A DNA stretch of 64,000 nucleotides from an uncultured Prevotellaceae bacterium (GTDB lineage Bacteria; Bacteroidota; Bacteroidia; Bacteroidales; Bacteroidaceae). Position numbers and translations under genes: made by a program. How positions within the stretch are numbered: position 1 is the first letter of the stretch; every line of letters begins with the position of its first letter. A model generated the notes under the pieces. It ran no database searches and had not been told where the DNA came from. It was given only the letters and a program-made list of their open reading frames with translations. The stretch is from contig CAMVOK010000010.1 in the NCBI GenBank assembly GCA_947169115.1, positions 7,091 to 71,090 on the forward strand, written 5' to 3'. Positions 18,299 to 27,430 of this stretch are shown piece by piece.

Positions 18299-19294
18299 TT
18301 ATTTTGCATCGTTGCAAATAAGTTGCAGCACACTTTGCCCTACCGCCTCCAATACATTGGGGTCGATATTGTCGGGTGTGTCATTAATGGTATGCCATGT
18401 CGGGCCAAAACTGCTGGGACCATCGCTATGATAGGGAATGATGTCAATGCAGGGAACTTGTGCAATTTGGTTGACGTTGAGGTGGTCATCAATAATACTC
18501 CCTCCTTCGCGCATGGGGAAGTAGTGGCCATAACCCAGTTGGTCGGCAACTTTCCATAACATATCTACAATCGGTTTCGCATAATAGAGCGATACACTCT
18601 CCTTGGCAAAGGTACTTCCACGTCCTCCAACCATATCAAGTAAAATTCCGAAGCGTGCCTGATAGCCATTTGATACGGCTTGTTCGGCCCATGCCTTCGA
18701 CCCCAGACACCAAGTGCTTTCCTCTTGTTCTCGCTCCACGTCGTCCCATTGTGGGGTGCCATAGTCTTCGACATCGAAACAAACGAAGTCTATGCCCGTT
18801 TTTATCGATGAACTTTGGCTGAGGATTCTGGCCAGTTCGAGCATGACGGCAACGCCACTGGCACCATCGTTGGCAGCTAACACAGGTTGGTGGCGGTTTT
18901 CGGGACTGGGATCGTTGTCAGCCCATGGGCGACTATCCCAGTGGCTGCATAAAAGTATGCGGTCACGATTCTCAGGATTCAGACTGGCCGTGATGTTACG
19001 ACAGGGAACGGTTGTTCCGTCAAATACTTTGACGTTGAGGTTCTGTTCTGTAACATTGAGTCCCAGAGTTGAAAACCAAGATACAATGCTGTCGCCACAG
19101 GCACGCCATGCGTCGCTGCCAGGTACACGAGCCCCCATGGCACACTGTGCATGAATGTTTGCCATAGCTCGCTCGCTCATGAAGGTTGGACAAGGCGCCA
19201 TAGCAATGGTGTCGCGACCATTACCTTGTTGTGTCTTGTTGCCACAACTAACCATTACGAGGAAAGAAAATAAAATGTATAGAAGTCGTTTCAT
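18299..19294 (-). CDS. M28-family peptidase / glutaminyl-peptide cyclotransferase-like lipoprotein
   Basis: Lipoprotein signal MKRLLYILFSFLVMVSC from the ATG at 19294. ILLCSHWDSRPWADND and DGASGVAVMLELAR are M28/QC-type metal-site regions. The ORF-track start at 19387 overlaps the upstream gene and is unlikely. Confidence 0.7.
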   Translation of the reverse strand: MKRLLYILFSFLVMVSCGNKTQQGNGRDTIAMAPCPTFMSERAMANIHAQCAMGARVPGSDAWRACGDSIVSWFSTLGLNVTEQNLNVKVFDGTTVPCRNITASLNPENRDRILLCSHWDSRPWADNDPSPENRHQPVLAANDGASGVAVMLELARILSQSSSIKTGIDFVCFDVEDYGTPQWDDVEREQEESTWCLGSKAWAEQAVSNGYQARFGILLDMVGGRGSTFAKESVSLYYAKPIVDMLWKVADQLGYGHYFPMREGGSIIDDHLNVNQIAQVPCIDIIPYHSDGPSSFGPTWHTINDTPDNIDPNVLEAVGQSVLQLICNDAK

Positions 19295-19383
19295 TGCTTT
19301 CAACTTTATGTAACTCCGTTCCATGACTCTTGTCACGACTCGGCCATTCGGGCAAGCCTGATGGCTCTCGCTGCTCCAAAAGT

Positions 19384-21141
19384 TCAACTCTCAACTCCCA
19401 CCTGCACTTGTCGCATAACTCGAAGGAAGTTCTCGCCCCATAGCAAACTTAGTTGTTTGTCACTATATCCTACTTGTTGCAAAAGGCGGGTTAAGTTGAT
19501 AAGTTCGCTTGCGTTAGCCAGTCCTGGAACGCCCCCGTCTCCGTCGAAGTCCGTGCCGATGCCGACATGTTCAATGCCCATCACTTGTACGGCGTGGTTA
19601 ATATGTTTCACAGCATCAAGGATGGTGGCTTGGCCATCGGTGCGCAAGAAACCATTATAGAACGTAATCTGCATGACGCCGCCAGCCTGGGCTAAGGCTG
19701 TCATCTGTTCGTCGGTCAGGTTTCGTGGATGGTCGCACAGACTACGGCAACTGCTGTGGCTGCATACGATAGGCAGTTTGCTGGTCTCCAGTGCATCCCA
19801 GAAACTGCTTTCTGCGGCGTGGCTCAAATCTACCATCATGCCAACGCGGTTCATTTCGCGTATGACATCCTTCCCAAAGTCACTTAATCCTCCGTGTTCT
19901 GCATTGCCGCGAGCCGAATCGCATATATCGTTGTCGCCATTGTGACAAAGGGTCATATATACGACACCCCGTTGACGGAATTTCTCAATGAGTGATAGGT
20001 CATGTCCAATGGCATAACCGTTTTCTATTCCCATCATAATGGCCTTTTTCCCTTGTCCCTTCAGTTGGTAAAGTTCATCGGGTGTGCGTGCCAGACTGAC
20101 AGACTGGTTGCTTTTGGCTACCATGTCCTCTATTCCTGTTAGCAGTTGGTTGGCTTTTTCGGTAGCAGCATTCAGTGAGTCTTGGTCGCGTTCGCCTTGG
20201 GGTAGGTAGGCCACCATGATGCTGGTGTCGAGATGCCCCTCAGTCATTTTGTGCAGGTCAACAAGAATCTTTGGGTCGCGATGGTCAAAGTGGATGTCTT
20301 GGCCGAAAAACATGGGGGTATCACAATGGCTGTCGAGGGTGAGCATGTGCTGATGGGCATCAACGGCTCTATGGAATGATGTTGCTTCTTCTGTCAGCCA
20401 TTGGAAAAGAGGCAACATGGCCTTTTCGCCTCGCAGGACAAAACATTCGGGGTGCCATTGTACGCCTATAATACTCTTATTCTCGCAGCTTTCTATACCT
20501 TCGACAACACCATCGGCCGACACTGCCGATACCCGCATGTGGGGACCTGCTTCGTGTACAGCTTGATGATGGAATGAGTTAACGTACAGGGTGTCTGTTT
20601 GGAATATGTGCTGTAGGATGCTGTCTTTGCTTATGCTGACGCTGTGGGAAGCATATTCTCGGGGCAGATCCTGACTATGCTTGATGATATTGCAGTTGGG
20701 CATAGCCTCATGGATGTCTTGATATATGCTCCCTCCGAGTGCAACAGCCATCACTTGACATCCCCGACAGATGCCGAGGATGGGGATTTGCCGGTCGTAA
20801 GCCAGTTTGGTAAGCAGCAACTCGGGTAGGTCGCGACGTGGGTTGATGCTATGAAGGGCTTGCGACGGTTCTTCTCCAAGATATAGCGGATTGAGGTCTC
20901 CTCCGCCCGAAAGCAGTAACCCATCAATTTGATCGAGCGTGCTTAGCAGAGCCTCGCGGTCTTCGTATGGTGGAATAATGAATGGAACGCCCCCTGCCTC
21001 CAAGATGGAACGGAAGTATCCTTCGGCCAATTCGCAGCCCTTGTCGCCAAAATTACCAGTGATGCCAATTACGGGTTTCCGACTGTGGTTGGGAAAAGTG
21101 GAATTCGTATCGGCATACGTTTGTTTCCAGTCGAAAGTCAT
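19384..21141 (-). CDS. Fusion protein: peptidase C26 / class-I glutamine amidotransferase-like domain plus M19 membrane-dipeptidase-like domain
   Basis: N-terminal half: PVIGITGNF...GGGDLNP...ILGICRGCQVMAVALGG...FHHQAV...VQWHPE. C-terminal half: TLDSHCDTP...VDLHKMTEGHLD...MVDLSHAAE...VCSHSSCRSL...GIGTDFDG. Confidence 0.8.
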   Translation of the reverse strand: MTFDWKQTYADTNSTFPNHSRKPVIGITGNFGDKGCELAEGYFRSILEAGGVPFIIPPYEDREALLSTLDQIDGLLLSGGGDLNPLYLGEEPSQALHSINPRRDLPELLLTKLAYDRQIPILGICRGCQVMAVALGGSIYQDIHEAMPNCNIIKHSQDLPREYASHSVSISKDSILQHIFQTDTLYVNSFHHQAVHEAGPHMRVSAVSADGVVEGIESCENKSIIGVQWHPECFVLRGEKAMLPLFQWLTEEATSFHRAVDAHQHMLTLDSHCDTPMFFGQDIHFDHRDPKILVDLHKMTEGHLDTSIMVAYLPQGERDQDSLNAATEKANQLLTGIEDMVAKSNQSVSLARTPDELYQLKGQGKKAIMMGIENGYAIGHDLSLIEKFRQRGVVYMTLCHNGDNDICDSARGNAEHGGLSDFGKDVIREMNRVGMMVDLSHAAESSFWDALETSKLPIVCSHSSCRSLCDHPRNLTDEQMTALAQAGGVMQITFYNGFLRTDGQATILDAVKHINHAVQVMGIEHVGIGTDFDGDGGVPGLANASELINLTRLLQQVGYSDKQLSLLWGENFLRVMRQVQVGVES

Positions 21142-21635
21142 GATTCCTCTTCAATAATGACGGTTGGTTCGGCCTTTTGGGTCTTAATGGGTACCTCTTT
21201 CTTGATGCCTTGGTCCAGCGAAATAAGTGTTTCGGTGGAAATCACGCCTGGAATCTCTTGTATTTTGCTGTTCAGCAACTCCATCAGGTGTGCATTGTCG
21301 CGGGCATAAAGTTTGATGAGCATGGTGTAGGGGCCTGTTGTGAAGTGGCATTCTACAATTTCAGGAATCTCCTTGAATGCTTCACATACCTCGCGATACA
21401 TGGCTCCTCGTTCCAACTTGATACCAACGAAGGTGCAAGTGCCGTAGCCTAAGCTTTGAGGGTGAACGTGATAGCCCGAGCCGACAATTACTTTCATGTC
21501 GATAAGGCGTTGTACACGTTGGTGGATGGCTGCACGGCTCACTCCACATACAGCGGCAACGTCCTTGAAGGGAATACGGGCGTTGGTAGAGATAATCTCA
21601 AGAATCTTTTTGTCCAAATTGTCAATCTTTTCCAT
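21138..21635 (-). CDS. Lrp/AsnC-family transcriptional regulator
   Basis: LDKKILEIISTNARIPFKDVAAVCGVSRAAIHQRVQRLIDMKVI plus a C-terminal RAM-like domain. The start is set at 21635 because the -7 box at 21666-21673 overlaps the longer ORF. Its stop overlaps the downstream ATG (ATGA). Confidence 0.85.
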   Translation of the reverse strand: MEKIDNLDKKILEIISTNARIPFKDVAAVCGVSRAAIHQRVQRLIDMKVIVGSGYHVHPQSLGYGTCTFVGIKLERGAMYREVCEAFKEIPEIVECHFTTGPYTMLIKLYARDNAHLMELLNSKIQEIPGVISTETLISLDQGIKKEVPIKTQKAEPTVIIEEES

Positions 21636-21665
21636 CTCCTTTGTGCTTTGTGTTTTTATTCTTTG

Positions 21666-21673
21666 CAAATATA
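21666..21673 (-). promoter_or_regulatory. Bacteroidota -7 promoter box (TAnnTTTG) for the Lrp operon
   Basis: The minus strand reads tatatttg, 30 nt upstream of the ATG at 21635. Confidence 0.45.
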
Positions 21674-21762
21674 ATGATTTTTTGTCAAAGAGCCATCATG
21701 AAACGGAAAAAAGTGGGGAGCATAGCTACATTAGCCATGCTCCCCACTTCAATGCAATATGA

Positions 21763-22659
21763 TTATTTTTCAATGCTCAGTAATTCTACTGTGAAAATAA
21801 GGGTAGAGAAGGGTGGGATTTTCCCACTTTCGCGGTCGCCGTATGCCAGTTCATGGGGGATGTAGAGTTCCCATTTGGAACCGACGGGCATCATAGTTAA
21901 TGCCTCTGTCCAGCCTTTGATGACTTGATTGCAGCCAAACGTGGCAGGTTCGCCTCGTTTGTATGAACTGTCAAATTCTGTGCCATCAATGAGGTGGCCT
22001 TCGTAGTTCACCTTGACGCGCTGTGTGGCTGTGGGTATTTCGCCTTCCCCTTTGGTAAGAATCTTATACTGCAAACCGCTGGGGGTGGTTACAACATCCT
22101 TCTTTTTACCATTCTCCTTCAAGAACTCCTCGCCGGCACGACGGGTGGCACCATATTTGCGTTCCATGCGTGCCTGATGGTAGTAGTCCATCTGTTTCTT
22201 TACCACTTGTTGGGCACTATCCATTGTGATGGGCAACAGGTCGTTTTCGCCAGATATTCCGGCACGGAAACCGGCCAAGAACACTTCGGGTTGCAGTATC
22301 TTTACAGAATCGTCAACCTGCTGTGCCACTTGAGGGAGCATTTGATTTTCTACCTGTGAACGAATGTCCATGCCCGCGAGACGTGCTTTCATGCGCTTGT
22401 CGGCTTCTGTCAGCGTGGCATTGTCATAGCCTTGCAGAAAGTCGGCAATATAGGCAGTATCGATGCCCATGCGCTGCACGAGATAGTCCTTCAGTCCCAT
22501 CGTGTGGGCTTTGCCAAAAAGGTAGCTGAAGTCGTGGGCGCTGATGGTATCTACCTTTTCAGCGACAGGTCCCACGACTTTCTTAGTCTTCTTCTTGTTA
22601 GAGGCAGCACTGGCTGACATACAGCACAGTACTGCCATAAGGAACAAAAGCTTTTTCAT
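21763..22659 (-). CDS. FKBP-type peptidyl-prolyl cis-trans isomerase (FkpA/Mip-like, secreted)
   Basis: Signal peptide MKKLLFLMAVLCCMSASA. FKBP core VKVNYEGHLIDGTEFDSSYKRGEPATFGCNQVIKGWTEAL...GSKWELYIPHELAYG. Confidence 0.9.
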   Translation of the reverse strand: MKKLLFLMAVLCCMSASAASNKKKTKKVVGPVAEKVDTISAHDFSYLFGKAHTMGLKDYLVQRMGIDTAYIADFLQGYDNATLTEADKRMKARLAGMDIRSQVENQMLPQVAQQVDDSVKILQPEVFLAGFRAGISGENDLLPITMDSAQQVVKKQMDYYHQARMERKYGATRRAGEEFLKENGKKKDVVTTPSGLQYKILTKGEGEIPTATQRVKVNYEGHLIDGTEFDSSYKRGEPATFGCNQVIKGWTEALTMMPVGSKWELYIPHELAYGDRESGKIPPFSTLIFTVELLSIEK

Positions 22660-23525
22660 TACTTCTCGATAGAAAGCAGTTCGATGGTGAATACCAGAGT
22701 CGAGAAGGGCTTGATTTGTCCAGCTTCGCGCTCACCGTAGGCTTGATCCTGAGGAATATATACCTTCCACTTAGAACCTACAGGCATGTGGGTGAGGGCA
22801 TTGGTCCATCCGGGAATAACCTGGTTGCAACGGAAGGTGGTAGGCTCGTTACGCTTGTAAGAACTGTCGAAGATGGTGTCGTTGATGAGGCGACCTTCGT
22901 AGTGAACCTTTACGCGGCTGGTGTCGGCAGGAACCTCGCCCTTGCCTTCCTCGATAACTTCGTAGTACACACCATTCTCCAGTTGGCTGAGACCTTCCTG
23001 CTTGGCAATCTTGGCCATGTACTCCTCGTTCTCCTGCTTCCAGGGGCCATACATCTTTTCCATTTGAGCCTTCTTGATTTCCATTTCCTTGGTGCGGGCA
23101 GTAGCCTGTGCTTCCTCAACGGTCATCAGACCACCTTCGCCCAGTGTGCCACTTACGAAACCTGCCATGAAGTTCTTCAGGCTAATGGTCTGGGTTGAGT
23201 CCTCACCAAAGATTTCGTAGTTGATGCCCTTCATCATCTGTTGGCTGATTTGCTGGCCAATCTGGATGCCGGTGTAATAAGCAGTCTTCTTCTTGTCATC
23301 GCCAGCATTGGCACCTTCGTTCAGACCTTTGATGAATTCGTCCATGTAGGTGCTGTCAACACCGAGGCGGTTCAGATACTCGCGCAGGCCCTGTGTTTGT
23401 GCCATACCGATGGCGTAGCTCAGAGTATCGATGTCGTTCTTCAGGTCAGCCTTGGGCGTACCATTTCCACAAGATGCAATCATTGCAGCTACGATAGCTA
23501 CAAAAACAAAACTAAGTTTTTTCAT
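22659..23525 (-). CDS. FKBP-type peptidyl-prolyl cis-trans isomerase (lipoprotein paralog)
   Basis: MKKLSFVFVAIVAAMIASC. VKVHYEGRLINDTIFDSSYKRNEPTTFRCNQVIPGWTNAL...GSKWKVYIPQDQAYG. Confidence 0.9.
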   Translation of the reverse strand: MKKLSFVFVAIVAAMIASCGNGTPKADLKNDIDTLSYAIGMAQTQGLREYLNRLGVDSTYMDEFIKGLNEGANAGDDKKKTAYYTGIQIGQQISQQMMKGINYEIFGEDSTQTISLKNFMAGFVSGTLGEGGLMTVEEAQATARTKEMEIKKAQMEKMYGPWKQENEEYMAKIAKQEGLSQLENGVYYEVIEEGKGEVPADTSRVKVHYEGRLINDTIFDSSYKRNEPTTFRCNQVIPGWTNALTHMPVGSKWKVYIPQDQAYGEREAGQIKPFSTLVFTIELLSIEK

Positions 23526-23568
23526 TGTAATTTATTTTTTTAGAGTTGTTGATAATCTTTTTAATGGT

Positions 23569-23599
23569 GACTATAGTTTCTATAGTACCTATAGTAATT
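23569..23599. repeat. 9-bp tandem word array (ctatagt type)
   Basis: ctatagttt ctatagtac ctatagtaa. Abuts the stop of one FKBP gene, upstream of the next. Confidence 0.85.
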
Positions 23600-24182
23600 A
23601 CAGGACTTTGATAAGCTCTACATCGAAGATAAGGGTAGAGAAGGGTGGGATGCTGCTACCAGCCCCTTGTTCTCCATAGCCCAGCAGATAAGGAATGTAG
23701 AAACGGAACTTGGCTCCTTCCTTCATTAACTGCACGCCCTCTGTCCATCCGGCGATAACTTGGTTCAAGCCGAAGTCGGCAGGCTGATTGCGCTTGTACG
23801 AACTATCGAAAACATCTCCGTTGATGAGACGACCTTCGTAGTGGCAGCGTACCTTGTCGGTGGCCTTGGGACTACGTCCCGTACCCTCCTGCAATATCTC
23901 GTACTGGAGACCGCTCTTGGTGGTTACCACGCCTTCGCGCTTGCCATTATTCTCCAAGAAAACCTTGCCCTCGGCTATGTGCTCTTTGGCATCTTCGGCA
24001 GCCTTGTTGGCGAAGTATTCGTTGAGCAGTTCTTGTGCTTCGCGAGCCGTCATTAGAGTGGGCTGCCCGTCGATTACCTCGGCAATGCTCTTGGTGAAGT
24101 CGCCAATGTTGAAACCTTTGATATTCATACTCTTGAGCTGCTGACCAATACCCAGCCCCAGAGCGTAACTGATTTTGTCCAT
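23598..24182 (-). CDS. FKBP-type peptidyl-prolyl cis-trans isomerase (no signal peptide)
   Basis: VRCHYEGRLINGDVFDSSYKRNQPADFGLNQVIAGWTEGVQLM. The start is set at 24182 (MDKISYALG) because the -7 box at 24210-24217 overlaps the longer ORF. Confidence 0.85.
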   Translation of the reverse strand: MDKISYALGLGIGQQLKSMNIKGFNIGDFTKSIAEVIDGQPTLMTAREAQELLNEYFANKAAEDAKEHIAEGKVFLENNGKREGVVTTKSGLQYEILQEGTGRSPKATDKVRCHYEGRLINGDVFDSSYKRNQPADFGLNQVIAGWTEGVQLMKEGAKFRFYIPYLLGYGEQGAGSSIPPFSTLIFDVELIKVL

Positions 24183-24209
24183 ATTTATGAGTTTTAATAA
24201 ATTCGGGTG

Positions 24210-24217
24210 CAAAGGTA
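24210..24217 (-). promoter_or_regulatory. Bacteroidota -7 promoter box
   Basis: The minus strand reads tacctttg. Confidence 0.5.
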
Positions 24218-24302
24218 CGCAAAAAGTATGTAATCTGTCTTGCTTCTACCCTTTTTTTATATAAAAATAACATAAAAGATTGTCTGTGTCCGAAAAAAAA
24301 CG

Positions 24303-24310
24303 TAAGTTTG
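24303..24310 (+). promoter_or_regulatory. Bacteroidota -7 promoter box
   Basis: taagtttg lies 19 nt upstream of the aroB ATG. Confidence 0.45.
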
Positions 24311-24328
24311 CATGGATAAAATAATCGC

Positions 24329-25381
24329 ATGGAAAAGCAGGAAGTTATCATAAGCGAAAATCTCGGACAAAGTCTGTCGGCTGCCATTGGTGGTGTAGAG
24401 CACGACAGGCTTTTTGTTTTGACCGACGAGAATACCCTACGGCTATGTTGGCCTCTGGTGTGTGAGATGCCTTGTATGCAGGGGGGACAGATGATAACCA
24501 TTGGAGCCACCGATGAGAATAAGACGCTGGAGTCGCTGGTACACGTGTGGACCGTCTTGCAGCAAGGCGGAGCTACGCGCCATTCCCTGATGATATGTCT
24601 GGGAGGAGGCATGGTAACCGACTTAGGTGGCTTTGCGGCTTCTACTTTCAAGCGAGGAATAGCATACATCAATGTGCCCACAACACTGCTTTCGATGGTT
24701 GATGCCTCGGTGGGTGGTAAGACGGGCATTAACTTTGGTGGACTGAAGAACGAGGTGGGAGTGTTCAATTGTGCACAGACAGTAATTTTGGATACCACAT
24801 TCTTGCGTACGCTTGATTATCAGAATCTGGCTTCCGGTTATGCCGAGATGTTGAAACACGGGCTTATTAGTACCGTTGAGAACTGGGCCGAACTGCTCCG
24901 TTTCGACATTGCTGAGGCCGACTATGCCGAGTTGGGCAAACTGGTGGGGAAGAGCGTTGCGGTGAAGGAACACATCGTCGAAGAAGACCCTCTGGAAAAA
25001 GGAATCCGAAAAGCCTTGAACTTGGGACATACCGTGGGACATGCCTTCGAGAGTCTGGCCATGGCTGAGGGGCGTACGGTATTGCATGGCTATGCTGTAG
25101 CATGGGGGCTGGTTTGCGAACTTTATCTGAGTGCCAAACGAATGGGATTCCCAAGGGAAAAACTCTATCAGACGATACAGTATGTAAAGAATCACTATGG
25201 CACGTTTGATTTCGACTGCAAAAAATATGACTGCCTTTACGAACTGATGACTCACGACAAAAAGAACACTTCGGGAAGCGTGAACTTTACCTTATTGGGC
25301 GACGTGGGGGACATACACATCAACCAGACGGCCACACGTGAGGAAATCTTTGATATGTTGGACTTTTATAGAGAAAACTGA
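24329..25381 (+). CDS. aroB: 3-dehydroquinate synthase
   Basis: GGGMVTDLGGFAASTFKRGIAYINVPTTLLSMVDASVGGKTGINF, GYAEMLKHGLI and LNLGHTVGHAFE. Confidence 0.92.
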   Translation: MEKQEVIISENLGQSLSAAIGGVEHDRLFVLTDENTLRLCWPLVCEMPCMQGGQMITIGATDENKTLESLVHVWTVLQQGGATRHSLMICLGGGMVTDLGGFAASTFKRGIAYINVPTTLLSMVDASVGGKTGINFGGLKNEVGVFNCAQTVILDTTFLRTLDYQNLASGYAEMLKHGLISTVENWAELLRFDIAEADYAELGKLVGKSVAVKEHIVEEDPLEKGIRKALNLGHTVGHAFESLAMAEGRTVLHGYAVAWGLVCELYLSAKRMGFPREKLYQTIQYVKNHYGTFDFDCKKYDCLYELMTHDKKNTSGSVNFTLLGDVGDIHINQTATREEIFDMLDFYREN

Positions 25382-25389
25382 CAAGTAAT

Positions 25390-26454
25390 ATGAGACACTA
25401 CTTATTTTGTTTCCTCCTGTTGCTGGCAACGGGGGTGCATGCCGGGAAAAAGAAATGGAGTGGGAACCCGATTCTCCCAGAATTTCATGCCGATCCAGAG
25501 GTGATGTATAGCCACCAGACGGGACGCTACTACATCTATAGTACCACTGATGGTGCTCCAGGTTGGGGAGGCTACTATTTTACTGTGTTTTCCAGTAAGG
25601 ACCTGACCGAGTGGCGACACGAGGGCATCATGCTCGATTTGGGAACGAATCAGGTTGCCTGGGCTACAGGAAATGCATGGGCTCCCTGCATCGAAGAAAG
25701 ACAGCAGGCTGATGGCTCCTACAAATATTATTTCTATTATAGTGGTCATGACAAGGAGCGTAACCGAAAGTCGATAGGTGTAGCCGTAAGCAATACGCCT
25801 ACAGGACCTTTTGTGGATTATGGCCAACCTATTGTTACGGATGCCGACCGTCCACAGGCAGCACATGGTGGACAGGCCATTGACGTAGATGTCTTCCACG
25901 ACCCACAGTCGGGCAAGTATTACCTCTATTGGGGAAATGGCTTTATGGCTGGTGCCGAGCTTAACGATGATATGCTTTCAATAAAGAAAGAGACGACAAC
26001 CTTGCTGACCCCCCAGGGTGGTTCCTTGCGTGACTATGCATTCCGTGAGGGCGCTTATGTTTTCTACCGCCAGGGTAAGTATTATTTCCTATGGAGTGTC
26101 GATGACACGGGGAGTCCTAATTACCATGTGGCATACGGTACGTCGTCTTCGCCCCTCGGCCCTATCGAGGTGGCTAAGGAGCCCATTGTCCTAATTCAGG
26201 ATGCGAAAAACGAGATATATGGCCCTGCTCACAACAGTGTGCTCCAAATTCCGGGCCGTGACGAGTGGTACATCGTTTATCACCGTATCAACAAGGACTA
26301 TCTGTTGCCTACGCCCAATGGTCCTGGCTTCCACCGTCAGGTGTGCATCGACCGCATGGAGTTCAATGCAGACGGTACTATCCGTCGTGTCGTGCCCACT
26401 CAAAAAGGCGTTGCTGCGGTGAAAAAAGTAAAAAAATCTAAAAAAGGGAAGTAA
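25390..26454 (+). CDS. Glycoside hydrolase family 43 protein
   Basis: Signal peptide, NPILPEFHADPEVMY...YYIYSTTDG, WAPCIEE and REGAYVFYRQGKYYFLWSVDD are five-bladed propeller GH43 motifs. Confidence 0.85.
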   Translation: MRHYLFCFLLLLATGVHAGKKKWSGNPILPEFHADPEVMYSHQTGRYYIYSTTDGAPGWGGYYFTVFSSKDLTEWRHEGIMLDLGTNQVAWATGNAWAPCIEERQQADGSYKYYFYYSGHDKERNRKSIGVAVSNTPTGPFVDYGQPIVTDADRPQAAHGGQAIDVDVFHDPQSGKYYLYWGNGFMAGAELNDDMLSIKKETTTLLTPQGGSLRDYAFREGAYVFYRQGKYYFLWSVDDTGSPNYHVAYGTSSSPLGPIEVAKEPIVLIQDAKNEIYGPAHNSVLQIPGRDEWYIVYHRINKDYLLPTPNGPGFHRQVCIDRMEFNADGTIRRVVPTQKGVAAVKKVKKSKKGK

Positions 26455-26533
26455 GACTTAAACTTATTTCGACTGGGAGGTCAAAAGGGATAGAGAGTTC
26501 TTCCTGATGTTGAATCGTAATAAACAGAAAATT

Positions 26534-27409
26534 ATGAAAAAGACACTCTTTCTTACACTGATGCTGGCTATGGTAAGCCTGAGCACAATGGCAATGTCGA
26601 GAAGTAAAATACGTAACCATGCCCGTTATCTCACCGACCGTATGGCCTACGAACTCGACTTTACTCCCATGCAGTATGACGACTGCTACGAAATCAACTA
26701 CGATTTCATCTACAATGTTCAGTATCTGATGGACGATGTAGTACGTGGGTATTACGATGCCATCAATGCTTACTACCGCTACCTCGACTATCGCAACGAG
26801 GATTTGCGTTTCATCATGACGGCCGGACAGTACATCCGTTTCATGTCGCGTGATTATTTCTATCGTCCCCTCTATTCTACCGGGTCTTCGTGGGAGTTCC
26901 GTATCTATACAACCTATAGCAATCGTTCGTTCTTCTACTATGATGCCCCCAGTGTATTCAAGGATTATCGTGGGGGACACGATCGTACCCATTACGCAAA
27001 TGGCTATTATGGCAACCGCTATACTTCCACTGACCGATACACGGGAAGGGGTAACATACTGGATTCGAAGAACTTCAACGACCAGCGTCGCCATGACTTC
27101 GGCATCAATCTACGCGACCGTAACCAGAAGCCCGATTATAACAATTATGGCAACCGGAACAGCGGTAATCGTACGGCAGATCCTCGCTATCGCGATTCGA
27201 GTGGCAACCGCAATACGCCGATGATAAACAATCGTTCTACGGGTGTAGAACATCGTGGAGCCCCCAACACATCAACGCAACCCACGAACACCCAACAGAA
27301 CACAGGAAGCCGCACAGCACCAGCCACTCGTAACTCCGGCACACGTTCTGGCAATACGGGGAACACCACTACTACACGAGAGACCCGTGGCAGTCGCACC
27401 ACTCGATAA
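26534..27409 (+). CDS. Secreted Tyr/Arg/Asn-rich protein with a low-complexity N/R/T/G tail, function unknown
   Basis: Signal MKKTLFLTLMLAMVSLSTMA from the ATG at 26534. Repeated Y-D-Y-R words, and the tail NRNSGNRTADPRYRDSSGNRNTP...TRNSGTRSGNTGNTTTTRETRGSRTTR. Confidence 0.55.
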   Translation: MKKTLFLTLMLAMVSLSTMAMSRSKIRNHARYLTDRMAYELDFTPMQYDDCYEINYDFIYNVQYLMDDVVRGYYDAINAYYRYLDYRNEDLRFIMTAGQYIRFMSRDYFYRPLYSTGSSWEFRIYTTYSNRSFFYYDAPSVFKDYRGGHDRTHYANGYYGNRYTSTDRYTGRGNILDSKNFNDQRRHDFGINLRDRNQKPDYNNYGNRNSGNRTADPRYRDSSGNRNTPMINNRSTGVEHRGAPNTSTQPTNTQQNTGSRTAPATRNSGTRSGNTGNTTTTRETRGSRTTR

Positions 27410-27430
27410 CATGGATAGAGTGTAGTTCCC

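Noticed and set aside
23947-24798. 283-aa minus-strand ORF spanning the FKBP / aroB junction
   Set aside because: It crosses an intergenic promoter region and overlaps two well-supported genes on both strands. Its composition is not protein-like.
26438-27094. 218-aa minus-strand ORF
   Set aside because: It is antisense to the Tyr/Arg-rich secreted protein gene and overlaps the GH43 stop. It has no signal or motif.
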